From: Minisyncoccota bacterium
Lineage (GTDB): Bacteria > Patescibacteriota > Minisyncoccia > Phycocordibacterales > UBA6065
Length of the DNA stretch: 64,000 bases
Reading direction: 5' to 3'
Assembly (NCBI GenBank): GCA_041661645.1
Contig: JBAZUA010000001.1
Span: 45,618-109,617 of the forward strand
Below, piece after piece: positions 30,000 to 39,516 of the stretch. Positions within the stretch are counted from its first letter, which is position 1; every line of letters starts with the position of its first letter. The notes under the pieces were generated by a model. The model had not been told where the DNA came from, made no database searches, and was given only the letters and a program-made list of their open reading frames with translations. Made by a program: the position numbers and the translations under genes.

Positions 30000-31448
30000 C
30001 TAAAAGACTTCGAGAACGTCGCCCGACAGGCTATCCAGGATTTTCTGACGCTCCTTGCCCAAGAGTTCCGCCGCCGTATCGACGGACACGCTCTCCGCCA
30101 TGAGATAGTCGCGTGTTGCGTCAGAGGGATTGACTACATATGCGTCATACTCGTTCTTCTTTCTGGTCCAGAGGTCGACTTGCGCCTGATAGGCCTTGAG
30201 TCGCACGTCATTGTCCGCCTGAAGCTTTCCGAGGACCTTCTGTTGATAGGGGTCAAGCTTCGCCACGGAGCCGTCATAATCGATCAGGAAGACGCGAAAG
30301 GCATATGATATCGATTTGAGGGAATCGAATGCCTTGGCGATGTTCTGCGCGGCCGCCTTGAGCTTGATGGCATAGAGCCTCGGTATCTTATCCTCCGTGT
30401 CACTGTTGAGCTTGCCGTTGAAATAGTCAAAGGAATTCTTCCCGGTGACGCTGTCGACGGCGAACTTGATCGAGTCAGACTGATTGATGTTGGCGTAGAG
30501 TCCGTCAAGATATCCGCGGAAGAGAACCTCTACCGCCGTCTTGTCCTTCTTGTCCTTATAGAGCTTCATGCCCTGGACAAGCAACGGGACCCTCGAAGGA
30601 AAGAGGTTCGTCGTAATCGTATATTTGAGACAGGTCTTCCCCTCCTCGAGCACCTTGCAGGCAAACGAGCCCGACATGCCGATAAGGCCACCCTTTGCGC
30701 TGATGAGGGCGCTGCCATTGTCAAAAGGCCTGCTGTCGCTCGTGGCCTGCATCGATGACGATGTCTTCTGGGTGACGATAGCCGAGACGAGAGACAGACC
30801 CGTGGACTGGGATCCGGGAAAACCTACTACGTAGACGCCATCGCCGACCGCCGACGCGCTGCCATAGTTCAGGGAAAGGTATGAGGAGGACTTTTTGTCG
30901 GAAAGCTGGAGCACAGCCAAATCGTTTGCCTCTTCGAGGCCAACCAGAGTTGCCCTCTTCGTCACGCCGCTCGAGAGGGAGACGTTTACAGAGGTGGAGG
31001 TGCCCATGACATGAAAGGCTGTCAGTATGTGCCCTTGGGCATCGATGATTGATCCGGCGGCGCTCGAAGAGGCACCAATCACGAGGACGATGGATGGCCT
31101 GACCTTTGCCAGAATGTCCTTTGACGCGAGGTTAGCGCCCGAGGATGCAGAAGGGGCCGCAGGGGTGGGCACGGATGCTGACACAGCCGATGGCTTTGCC
31201 CCCGATTGGGCTTTCTCCAGATCCTCCCGGGCACGATCAAGCTTGAGCTCAAGCTCGGCAATCCTCCTATAGAGATCGTCTGTCGTGGGCAGTGACGAGA
31301 GGTCCGCCACGCTTGTCGATGCCGTAGTCGAGGCTGTCGCCGGGGTCGTTCTGGCGTTCTTCCAGGTGAACGGATTCCACCAGGCGGCGGAAGCCGTAAG
31401 GGGCAGAAAAGTGAGGCTTAGGAGCGCCAGGACTATCGCTTTCTTCAT
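30000..31448 (-). CDS. secreted trypsin-like (S1C) protease-domain protein, catalytic Ser apparently lost
   Basis: Signal peptide + WWNPFTW; ILTAFHV and DLAVL present; PFDNGSAL in place of PGNSGGP. Confidence 0.7.
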   Translation of the reverse strand: MKKAIVLALLSLTFLPLTASAAWWNPFTWKNARTTPATASTTASTSVADLSSLPTTDDLYRRIAELELKLDRAREDLEKAQSGAKPSAVSASVPTPAAPSASSGANLASKDILAKVRPSIVLVIGASSSAAGSIIDAQGHILTAFHVMGTSTSVNVSLSSGVTKRATLVGLEEANDLAVLQLSDKKSSSYLSLNYGSASAVGDGVYVVGFPGSQSTGLSLVSAIVTQKTSSSMQATSDSRPFDNGSALISAKGGLIGMSGSFACKVLEEGKTCLKYTITTNLFPSRVPLLVQGMKLYKDKKDKTAVEVLFRGYLDGLYANINQSDSIKFAVDSVTGKNSFDYFNGKLNSDTEDKIPRLYAIKLKAAAQNIAKAFDSLKSISYAFRVFLIDYDGSVAKLDPYQQKVLGKLQADNDVRLKAYQAQVDLWTRKKNEYDAYVVNPSDATRDYLMAESVSVDTAAELLGKERQKILDSLSGDVLEVF

Positions 31449-31526
31449 ACCCTACAGATTAGCGCAGCCTGGGTGGACAAACAAGCGGATTGAATGTAGT
31501 TTACATACCAGAAAACCTATCGTCCT

Positions 31527-32072
31527 ATGAACTACCTAAAAACTGCACACTACACGGTGTGCTGGTCAGTCGTCGCCTTCACGGGCTTCATTGTCTTCAT
31601 CGCCCTGTTCCTTCCCCGCTACTATGAGCGAAACACACCCTCCCTCATCAGCAAGGTCTGGATTCCCAAAGAAGGAATCATGCTTGAGCCCAATCAACAG
31701 AACATCGAGAAAGACAGGCTGGTCTTGGCCGTGTCTCTGGGCGAATTCAAGAAGAGGTTCTCGGGCAAGCCCGTGTCACTCATTGTCAGAAAGCATGACT
31801 ACGCGATCGATCTGTTTGGGGAGACCAGCGATGGAATCCTCATAAAGTCGAGTGAGCGGATTCCCCCGCCCAAGGAGACGGCGAGAAACACCCACGTCGT
31901 TGAACTGAACGTAAGCAGGAGCGGCATCGTGAGCTTCCAGCTAAAGCCCGACGGGCTTCTCGGGCACATCATACTCATGGGAATATTCTCGGCGTTCGTT
32001 GCGATGTTCATGTGGGTAGCTCAAATCGTCTTAGGGCTTCACCCCTACCTGGCAACCGAAAGGCAGTCATGA
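31527..32072 (+). CDS. two-TM hypothetical protein
   Basis: N- and C-terminal hydrophobic helices. Confidence 0.65.
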   Translation: MNYLKTAHYTVCWSVVAFTGFIVFIALFLPRYYERNTPSLISKVWIPKEGIMLEPNQQNIEKDRLVLAVSLGEFKKRFSGKPVSLIVRKHDYAIDLFGETSDGILIKSSERIPPPKETARNTHVVELNVSRSGIVSFQLKPDGLLGHIILMGIFSAFVAMFMWVAQIVLGLHPYLATERQS

Positions 32073-32266
32073 GCAGCTATCGAAACCTCAGGGACAGAGA
32101 GATCGAGATTATCCCAGGAAACCCCGGAGAGCCGGTATTCGCGTCATGTACCGAACGAGACAGGTTCTGGGAGCGTTTCTACGAGAAGGTCCAGCCAGAG
32201 CTTGACGAGCTAGCTCGAAAGCGAGCGTTGTGCAATCCCCCGTTCCCACTCATTCGTCATACCTAG
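32069..32266 (+). CDS. small hypothetical protein
   Basis: ATGA overlap with the upstream stop; terminator 32272-32301. Confidence 0.55.
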   Translation: MSSYRNLRDREIEIIPGNPGEPVFASCTERDRFWERFYEKVQPELDELARKRALCNPPFPLIRHT

Positions 32267-32321
32267 AAACAAAGGCCCCGCAATCTTGCGGGGCCTCTTT
32301 TATTTCCAAGAGTTCTTCATT

Positions 32322-32562
32322 AAAAAAACAAAGACGACGGGAGAATAAATTCTCCCGTCGTTTTTTTTGAGGCCTACCATCCCCTCACAAGACGTATATA
32401 TGATTTCTTTTTAGTCTTGAAGGTTCAGCTTCCTCGCGGGGGCTCTGTTTCCCCTAGGCTGCTTTTTAAAAAAAGCAATAAACTATGGTTTTTGAGCTCG
32501 TTAACGGAAACGAGTCCCGGCGCTCAAAACCTGACACTGTAGGAACAGTTTTTCAACTTCCT
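32322..32562 (-). ncRNA. candidate structured non-coding RNA (~240 nt)
   Basis: TTGACA-17-TATCAT promoter (32595-32567), six consecutive hairpins, terminator 32334-32361; no credible ORF. Confidence 0.6.
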
Positions 32563-32599
32563 ATATATGATAGCATATTGTATAAACATTGTCAAGTAT

Positions 32600-34411
32600 C
32601 TATTCGTAATCCTTTGCCTGAAGGGCGAAAAGACGGGCATAAATGCCTTTATGGGCGACAAGCTCCCTGTGGCTTCCCAATTCGGCGACACAGCCATCCT
32701 CGAAGACGCAGATTCGATCGGCCTTTCTCACGGTCGAGAACTTGTGGGAGATGAGAATGACCGTCTGGCCGCTCGTGAGGCCCTCGATGCGCTCGAATAT
32801 CTTCATCTCGGCCTCGGCGTCGATGGCGGCGGTCGGCTCGTCCAAAATCATGAGGCCCGCCTTTCGATGGAAGAGTCGGGCGATGGCGAGACGCTGCTTC
32901 TGGCCCTTTGAGGGGTCGACGCCCCCGGCGAACTCGACGCCGAGCATCTGCTCGTACCCGTCCTTCCACTCGAGGATGAAGCTCTCCGAATCGCTCGACT
33001 GGGCCGCCTCGACCACCCGCTCGAGGCTGAAGGGCGCATCCGACCTGCCGAGGGCGATCGCCTCCTTAACGGGAAAATTATACGAGGCATAGTCCTGGAA
33101 GAGGATGCCGAGGGTCGAATACCACTCCTCGATATCTATCTCCCTGAGATCCTTGCCGTTCACCAGGATGCGGCCCTCGGTCGGGTCGTAGATGCGACAC
33201 AGGAGCTTCACAAAGGTCGTCTTCCCCGCCCCGTTCTCTCCCACGAGGGCGAACTTCTCACCAGGCTCGAGGGTGAGCGATATGTTCCTGAGAATCACCT
33301 TCTCGCTTCGAGGATATGCGAACGACACGTTCTCGAAGACGACCCTCGGCGTCACGCTGCCGATTGATACGGGTGTCTTGGAACGATAAAGGACGTTCTC
33401 GCTATCGAGTATCCTGAAGAGATTGTCGGCATAGGTACTCCTGTCCTGCTGTTGGGAGACCTCGCTCAGGAAGTCTATGAGGGCCGACTGGAACCGGTCC
33501 ATCGAGGCGAGGAGGAACAGCATGGTGCCCACCTCCACGAAACCGCCCGCGACCCGATATATGATCCACATCGCCACGCCCCCGATGATCAGGCCGAACA
33601 CGACGGTGGAAAGGGACTCGAACAGGAGCCTCTTCTTCTCGACGGCCTTCTGCTTGTCGCCGAAGACGTTCAGTATCTTTGAGAGATGGGCAAAGAAGTG
33701 CCTGACGTTCTGAAACAGCTTGAGCTCGACGAGCCATGTCTTGTTGTCGAAATGCGACTTCAGGTCGTTATGGCGCCTGCGAACCTCGGTCTCGGCGTCC
33801 CATATGCCCCAGGCATCCTTGCCGTACTTTATCTGGGTCAAGAATCGGGGAATGACGCTTATTGCGACGAGCAGGCATATCTTCCAGTTGAACTGGGCGA
33901 GGATGACGACCGCGACCGCGACCTGTGTGAGGCTTCGCAGGAGGTTGAACTGGATCTCGGACATGTTGACGATCGGCCAGACGTCCCGATCCTCGGCCTT
34001 GTTGATGAGGTCCTGGAACTCGGGATCCTCGAACTGCTGTATGTCGATGGAGGACTTCTTCTTGAGATACAAAAGCTGGAACTCCTTTCCGAGATCGATG
34101 TAGTTCCTTCGCTCGAAGTACTTCCTCAGACTCGAAACGATGTCGGGCACAAAGAGGGTCAAGGCGAAGCCGAAGGCGAGGGCCCACAGCACGGTGGGCG
34201 TCGTCGCGCCTGATACGAGGTCGTTTACAAGGACCGCCGAGATTCCAGACTGGATGAAGGGGGCGATCGCCAAGAGAAGCGATGTGCCGACCATGCCGAT
34301 GACGATGGATTTGTCATGCTTCCAGGCGAAAGCCGCCACTCGCCAGCTGGTGACGAGGACCTTTTTGAAGGAGGCATAACCCGAATCGGCCTTTTTATCA
34401 GCTTTTGCCAT
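32600..34411 (-). CDS. ABC exporter, fused TMD + ATPase
   Basis: GENGAGKTT, degenerate signature PSKGQKQR, ILDEPT, ISHK. Confidence 0.9.
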   Translation of the reverse strand: MAKADKKADSGYASFKKVLVTSWRVAAFAWKHDKSIVIGMVGTSLLLAIAPFIQSGISAVLVNDLVSGATTPTVLWALAFGFALTLFVPDIVSSLRKYFERRNYIDLGKEFQLLYLKKKSSIDIQQFEDPEFQDLINKAEDRDVWPIVNMSEIQFNLLRSLTQVAVAVVILAQFNWKICLLVAISVIPRFLTQIKYGKDAWGIWDAETEVRRRHNDLKSHFDNKTWLVELKLFQNVRHFFAHLSKILNVFGDKQKAVEKKRLLFESLSTVVFGLIIGGVAMWIIYRVAGGFVEVGTMLFLLASMDRFQSALIDFLSEVSQQQDRSTYADNLFRILDSENVLYRSKTPVSIGSVTPRVVFENVSFAYPRSEKVILRNISLTLEPGEKFALVGENGAGKTTFVKLLCRIYDPTEGRILVNGKDLREIDIEEWYSTLGILFQDYASYNFPVKEAIALGRSDAPFSLERVVEAAQSSDSESFILEWKDGYEQMLGVEFAGGVDPSKGQKQRLAIARLFHRKAGLMILDEPTAAIDAEAEMKIFERIEGLTSGQTVILISHKFSTVRKADRICVFEDGCVAELGSHRELVAHKGIYARLFALQAKDYE

Positions 34412-34518
34412 AATCAAACAAGTATATCAGCAAGCCGAGGAGGTTGTCCCCAAGCTGCCAACACTTTATGAACTTTTCATAGTTTCTTGATTGAATCCTC
34501 ATGGGATACAATGACCCC

Positions 34519-35895
34519 ATGAAAAGAACCGGCGACCACATACGCGTCCCACCTCAGTCCATCGAGGCCGAGCAAGCCCTCCTGGGCTCCATCTGCCTGC
34601 GACCCGAGGCAATCCACGACGTCACCGACGTGGTGAAGGAAGAGGACTTCTATTCCGAGAAGCATCGCATCATCTGGACCGCCTGCCTCGAGCTCATGCA
34701 AAAGAGCGAGCCGATCGACATCATCTCCCTCTCGGCCAGGCTCAAGGACAAGGGCCAGCTCGACCGCATCGGCGGAAGCTCCTACATTTCCGAGCTTGTC
34801 CAACTCGTGCCATCGGCATCAAACGTGCGCCACTACGGCGGCATAGTCCAGAAGAAGAGCATGATGCGACGTCTCATCGAGGCCGGCGAGCACATCAGCC
34901 AGTCGTCCTTCGAGGAAGAGGGCGAGCTCGAGGAGATCATCGACCGCGCCGAGAAGAAGCTCTTCGACGTGACCAATTCCGTGGGAACGCACAAGTTCAT
35001 CCAGATCAAGGACACCCTCGGCGAGGCCTGGGACAGGCTCGACCGCCTGCACAACACCAAGGACGAGCTCCGCGGCGTGCCGACGGGATTCCCCGCCCTC
35101 GACAACAAGCTCTCGGGATTCCAGAAGTCCGACCTCATCATCCTCGCCGCGCGACCTTCCGTCGGAAAGACTTCGTTCGCCCTCGACATAGCCCGCAAGG
35201 CCGCCGTCGAGCACAACATACCCGTGGGAATATTCTCCCTTGAAATGTCCTCACAGCAGCTCGTCGATCGAATGCTCGCCGCCGAGTCGCGCGTCGACGC
35301 CTGGAAGCTCCGCACCGGAAAGAACCTCTCGGTCGAGCATGACTTCAGCCGCATCCGCGACGCCATGGACAAGCTCTCGAGAGCACCCATCTACATCGAT
35401 GACTCGCCGGGCAACAACATATTGAAGATGCGGGCCATCGCCCGCCGCCTCAAGTCCGAGAAGTCCCTCGGCCTCATCATCGTCGACTACCTTCAGCTCA
35501 TGACCCCGATGAACTCGGCCAAGGATAACGTGGTGCAGCAGGTCACCGAAATCTCCCGCTCCCTCAAGAACCTTGCTCGAGACCTCGAGGTTCCCGTCAT
35601 CGCCCTCTCCCAGCTCTCCCGAGCCGTTGAGGCCCGAGGAGGCAAGCCGCGACTCTCCGACCTCCGAGACTCTGGCTCGATCGAGCAGGACGCCGACGTG
35701 GTTATGTTCATCCATCGCGAGAAGGACGAGTCTGGCGACCAGGCCCGCAGCCGCGAGACGACTATTCTCATCGAGAAGCATCGAAACGGACCGACCGGCG
35801 AAATCCAGCTCGTCTTCGATGCGGACAAGGCGACATTCCTCTCTGTCGAGAAGGCGGACTTTGGGGATTTCAATGCGGGAGGGGGTGGATTCTAA
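34519..35895 (+). CDS. dnaB: replicative DNA helicase
   Basis: PPQSIEAEQ, AARPSVGKT, IVDYLQL, LSDLRDSGSIEQDAD, KHRNGP. Confidence 0.98.
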   Translation: MKRTGDHIRVPPQSIEAEQALLGSICLRPEAIHDVTDVVKEEDFYSEKHRIIWTACLELMQKSEPIDIISLSARLKDKGQLDRIGGSSYISELVQLVPSASNVRHYGGIVQKKSMMRRLIEAGEHISQSSFEEEGELEEIIDRAEKKLFDVTNSVGTHKFIQIKDTLGEAWDRLDRLHNTKDELRGVPTGFPALDNKLSGFQKSDLIILAARPSVGKTSFALDIARKAAVEHNIPVGIFSLEMSSQQLVDRMLAAESRVDAWKLRTGKNLSVEHDFSRIRDAMDKLSRAPIYIDDSPGNNILKMRAIARRLKSEKSLGLIIVDYLQLMTPMNSAKDNVVQQVTEISRSLKNLARDLEVPVIALSQLSRAVEARGGKPRLSDLRDSGSIEQDADVVMFIHREKDESGDQARSRETTILIEKHRNGPTGEIQLVFDADKATFLSVEKADFGDFNAGGGGF

Positions 35896-35899
35896 AAAA

Positions 35900-36667
35900 A
35901 TGAAAATAATCACCCTTAACACCTGGGGCGGTCGAGCGGGAGCGAAGAATCTCCTTTCCTTTTTCGATGCACACAAAGACTCCGTCGACGTGTTTTGCCT
36001 CCAGGAGATATGGTCTGCTGAGTACCCTCAGAACGAGGGACGTCCCGCCGGAAGCATTCCAATAAAACTGTCGGACATACAGACCAGGGGCCTTCAAGAG
36101 ATAACCGCCGTTCTTTCGAACCATGTCCCCTATTTCAGACCACACTATGGAGATAATTACGGTCTTCTCATGCTCGTGCGAAAAGATATCAAAGTATTAG
36201 ATGAGGGAGAACTCTTCGTCCACAAACATAAGGGATACGCGCCAACGGAAAACGCAGGCCTTCATGCCAGGAACATACAATACATAACATTGAAAGAAGG
36301 CGGCGAAACACTAACCGTGATCAATTTTCATGGTCTCTGGAACGGCAAAGGAAAGACTGACAGCGAAGATCGATTAATCCAGTCGAAAAACATTCTTGCC
36401 TTCACCAAGACCTTGAAAAACGAGTTCATCCTCTGTGGCGACTTTAACCTCCTGCCTGATACAAAGAGTCTCTCCATGTTTGAGGAAGACGGGCTCAGAA
36501 ACCTCATAAAGGAACATGGAATAACCTCCACCAGAACATCTTTCTACCCCCACCCTGTCAGATATGCCGATTACGTGTTCACCACCAAAAATCTAGCGGT
36601 CAAAGAATTCAGAGTTCTTCCCGAGGAAGTTTCTGACCACTCGGCAATCCTTATCGAAGTGAAATAG
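35900..36667 (+). CDS. endonuclease/exonuclease/phosphatase family protein
   Basis: ITLN, CLQE, GDFN, DYVF, SDH motifs. Confidence 0.9.
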   Translation: MKIITLNTWGGRAGAKNLLSFFDAHKDSVDVFCLQEIWSAEYPQNEGRPAGSIPIKLSDIQTRGLQEITAVLSNHVPYFRPHYGDNYGLLMLVRKDIKVLDEGELFVHKHKGYAPTENAGLHARNIQYITLKEGGETLTVINFHGLWNGKGKTDSEDRLIQSKNILAFTKTLKNEFILCGDFNLLPDTKSLSMFEEDGLRNLIKEHGITSTRTSFYPHPVRYADYVFTTKNLAVKEFRVLPEEVSDHSAILIEVK

Positions 36668-36687
36668 GGTTTGGTATACTATCCCCC

Positions 36688-37320
36688 ATGGACAGCCTCA
36701 ACCGCCTTCACGACCTCTTCAAGCAATTCCCCGGCATAGGGCCGAGGCAGGCAAAGCGCTTCGTGTACTTCCTCCTCAACTCCCCCGAGGGGCTCAAACA
36801 GGCGCTCGCCAGGGAGATTCTCGAGCTCGCCTCGCATGTCTCGAAATGCTCGTCGTGCCATCGCTATTTCGACAGGAAGCGCATGGACAATGACCTATGC
36901 CTCATCTGCCGGGACGACTCGCGCGATGCGGCATCGCTCATGGTCGTGGCCAAGGACGTGGACCTCGACGCCATCGAGAAGAGTCATGTCTACAGCGGAT
37001 TCTATTTCGTGCTCGGCGACGCGCTTTCCCTCATCGAGAAGGATCCGGAGTCGAAGATTCGCACCGTCGAGCTTCTCGAGACGATCGAACGGCGATCGAC
37101 GACGGGACTCAAGGAAATCATCCTCGCCCTGTCCCTCAACAGCGAGGGCGAGCATACCCGCGAGTACGTCGAGAATCTCATCTCCCCTCTCGTGAAGTCA
37201 AAAGGGATAAAGATATCGATGCTGGGCCGAGGCCTCTCGACCGGAACCGAATTGGAGTATTCCGACGCCGAAACTATCAAGAACGCGCTCCTGAGCAGGA
37301 AGCAGGAGGTCATCGTCTAA
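36688..37320 (+). CDS. recR: recombination mediator RecR
   Basis: FPGIGPRQAKR, C4 finger, Toprim EIILAL...EGE, GTELEYSD. Confidence 0.95.
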   Translation: MDSLNRLHDLFKQFPGIGPRQAKRFVYFLLNSPEGLKQALAREILELASHVSKCSSCHRYFDRKRMDNDLCLICRDDSRDAASLMVVAKDVDLDAIEKSHVYSGFYFVLGDALSLIEKDPESKIRTVELLETIERRSTTGLKEIILALSLNSEGEHTREYVENLISPLVKSKGIKISMLGRGLSTGTELEYSDAETIKNALLSRKQEVIV

Positions 37321-37345
37321 CGGAAAATCTTTAGAATTATTTTAT

Positions 37346-37420
37346 TTGACCGAAGAAACTAATCTGATAGTATTGAGACACAAACGGCTTCGGCCCGACC
37401 TTGTCGCGAGTCAAGGGTAA
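37346..37420 (+). ncRNA. candidate small RNA convergent on the PemK/MazF gene (includes its promoter)
   Basis: TTGACC-16-TAGTAT; cUUCGg hairpin 37386-37395; second hairpin 37398-37418. Confidence 0.45.
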
Positions 37421-37431
37421 AAATGAGAAAT

Positions 37432-37836
37432 TCAAGGTATCAAAGCCTTGAATTTTTCTTTCAACACCGAATATTCTGATATAGGCAAAGTGCCCACCTT
37501 GTATCCCAGACGCCTACCATCAATCAATCTGACCTGAGACAGGATGGCCCGACTTTGAATGCCCGGAACGAAAGAAAATTCAAAATAATAAACACCAACC
37601 CTGTCGCTCAGGCTCTTGTTTGATTTAGTCAGTGGCACAGCCCAAAAGATGTCATGGTTAAACTTCCTGAGTATGATGACGGGCCTAAGGAAATCGGGTC
37701 CCTTGCCGTCCTGCTCAAGACCCACATTTGCACCCATATACACAAACCAAATCTCCCTCTCATGAAAGAGGGGTCTTGATCTCGACGCGTCTATCGACCT
37801 CTTCTTTTGGTGCCATGTATCGAAATCTTTCCCCAT
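37432..37836 (-). CDS. PemK/MazF-family toxin-like protein (no adjacent antitoxin gene)
   Basis: KDFDTW...REIWF..G.NVG.EQDGKG..F.RPVII...VPLT...LSQVRLID..RL. Confidence 0.82.
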   Translation of the reverse strand: MGKDFDTWHQKKRSIDASRSRPLFHEREIWFVYMGANVGLEQDGKGPDFLRPVIILRKFNHDIFWAVPLTKSNKSLSDRVGVYYFEFSFVPGIQSRAILSQVRLIDGRRLGYKVGTLPISEYSVLKEKFKALIP

Positions 37837-37916
37837 CCCGTTATCATACAAAAAGGAGCATGAAGAGACGCTAAAGAAAATATAAAAAGGAACCAAAACC
37901 GAGGCGCCACAGAAAC

Positions 37917-39506
37917 CTACGGCACCTCCTCCGCCACAGGCAGTCGCACGATGAACTCGGCACCCTTGCCCAAGCCCTCCGAGACCGCCTGGATTGTGCC
38001 CCCATGCCTCTCGATGATCTGGCGGGCCATGAAAAGGCCGACGCCCATACCCTCGGTGTCCGACGTCTTGGCCTGCTTGCTCCTGAAGAACTTGCTGAAG
38101 ATGCGAGACATATCCTCCTTCGATATGCCGATTCCCGTATCCCTGATGCGAACGACGATGAATCGCCCGTCCTGCTCGGCGGAGAATGATATGGAGCCTC
38201 CCGCCGGGGTGTACATCAAAGAGTTCTCAACGACGGTCTGGAAAGCGAAGTTCATGCGGCGCAAGTCGATGGAGACGAAGGGCAGGTTCTGGGGGCAGGT
38301 CGCCGACAGGCTGATGTTCTTGTCCCTGACCAGCTTCTGCAGGCTTGACGCCGCCCTATCGAGCACCGAGCACATGTCCACCCGCTCGGGTGAATAGGAA
38401 TAATGCGCCTCGTCCGACTGCTTGAGGCTGACCAGGGTGTCCGTGAGCTCGACAAGAAGCTCGTTCGCACTATCGATTTCCTCAAGGGCCGCCGCGGCAT
38501 CCTCGTCACCGCCCTTCCCTGCGATGCTCTTCTTGAGCATCTCGGATGCCCACCTGATGCGAGTCAGCGGGGTTCGGAACTTGTGGGTGACTATGGTGAT
38601 GAACTCGTACTTCAGCACGTCTATGTCGCGCGTCTTCTCCCAGACGAACCCCCCGACGAGCACGGCGATCATGGAAGAGACGATAGGCAGGGCCCATGAC
38701 GGCATCCACGGATACGCGGTGGCGGCTATGTCCTGCGCCGAATTTATGCCCGCGATGAGAAGACCTCCCACGGCGACCAGGACGCCGTATACCAGGGACT
38801 TCTTCGCCACGACCTTGACCTCCATGATGTCCGAGCGGATGATTCCATATGCAAGAGGCAGGACGTAGAGGCTGAACGGTATGGCGTAGAGGGGGTCGAG
38901 GGGAATGTCGAAGACGAGGACGAACGAGACGCTTCCCAAGGGGAGGCCTATGGCAATTGCCCAGATGTAATAAAGGAGACTCTCGCGCTCCAAAGGCTCA
39001 GCCTTTCTATATGAGAGAATTACCTCGAAGAGACAATATGCCCCGCAGAGCATGAAAAAGGCGACCATCGCCCAATAAAGGAAGCCGGGCTGATAGTAGT
39101 TCGGGAGGTAGAGCTTTGGAATCGATGGGTGAAGGAAGGCGGATGGGTTCGCCATGAAATAGAGAATGAAGCCAGCGACGACTGAATAGAGACCGACGAG
39201 GATGCCCGACCTCTTCTGATCCTTCCCGAGCGTTGCCAGTATCCAATGAACAAGGAAGGCGGCGATGAAGAAGACGGAAAGATCGCCCATGAGAATGCTC
39301 CTCGAGACCTCGGGATCGGGCGCATTGATGCCCAGGATGTGTGTTATCTGAAAGGTCGCAACAGATATGCTCAGAAAGAGGAATATGACGTGAAGAGTCT
39401 TGTGCCTCCCCTTCAGATAGACGGCAAAGCCAAAAATGAGGGTGAGCACGAAGGAAAAAGCGTATGCGACGTTGAGTATTGTCAGGGATATGTTGGTCGA
39501 ATTCAT
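37917..39506 (-). CDS. sensor histidine kinase with multi-TM N-terminus
   Basis: THKFRTPL H-box, NSLMYT, DTGIGI, FFRS, GMGVGL; 7-9 TMs. Confidence 0.9.
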   Translation of the reverse strand: MNSTNISLTILNVAYAFSFVLTLIFGFAVYLKGRHKTLHVIFLFLSISVATFQITHILGINAPDPEVSRSILMGDLSVFFIAAFLVHWILATLGKDQKRSGILVGLYSVVAGFILYFMANPSAFLHPSIPKLYLPNYYQPGFLYWAMVAFFMLCGAYCLFEVILSYRKAEPLERESLLYYIWAIAIGLPLGSVSFVLVFDIPLDPLYAIPFSLYVLPLAYGIIRSDIMEVKVVAKKSLVYGVLVAVGGLLIAGINSAQDIAATAYPWMPSWALPIVSSMIAVLVGGFVWEKTRDIDVLKYEFITIVTHKFRTPLTRIRWASEMLKKSIAGKGGDEDAAAALEEIDSANELLVELTDTLVSLKQSDEAHYSYSPERVDMCSVLDRAASSLQKLVRDKNISLSATCPQNLPFVSIDLRRMNFAFQTVVENSLMYTPAGGSISFSAEQDGRFIVVRIRDTGIGISKEDMSRIFSKFFRSKQAKTSDTEGMGVGLFMARQIIERHGGTIQAVSEGLGKGAEFIVRLPVAEEVP

Positions 39507-39516
39507 GTGAGACTGT

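Noticed and set aside
32322-32562. SRP RNA, tmRNA or RNase P identity for the structured RNA
   Set aside because: GTCAGG and AGCAGC are present but about 75 nt apart, not in the compact SRP helix 8. No tRNA-like ends and no GAGGAAAGTCC were seen.
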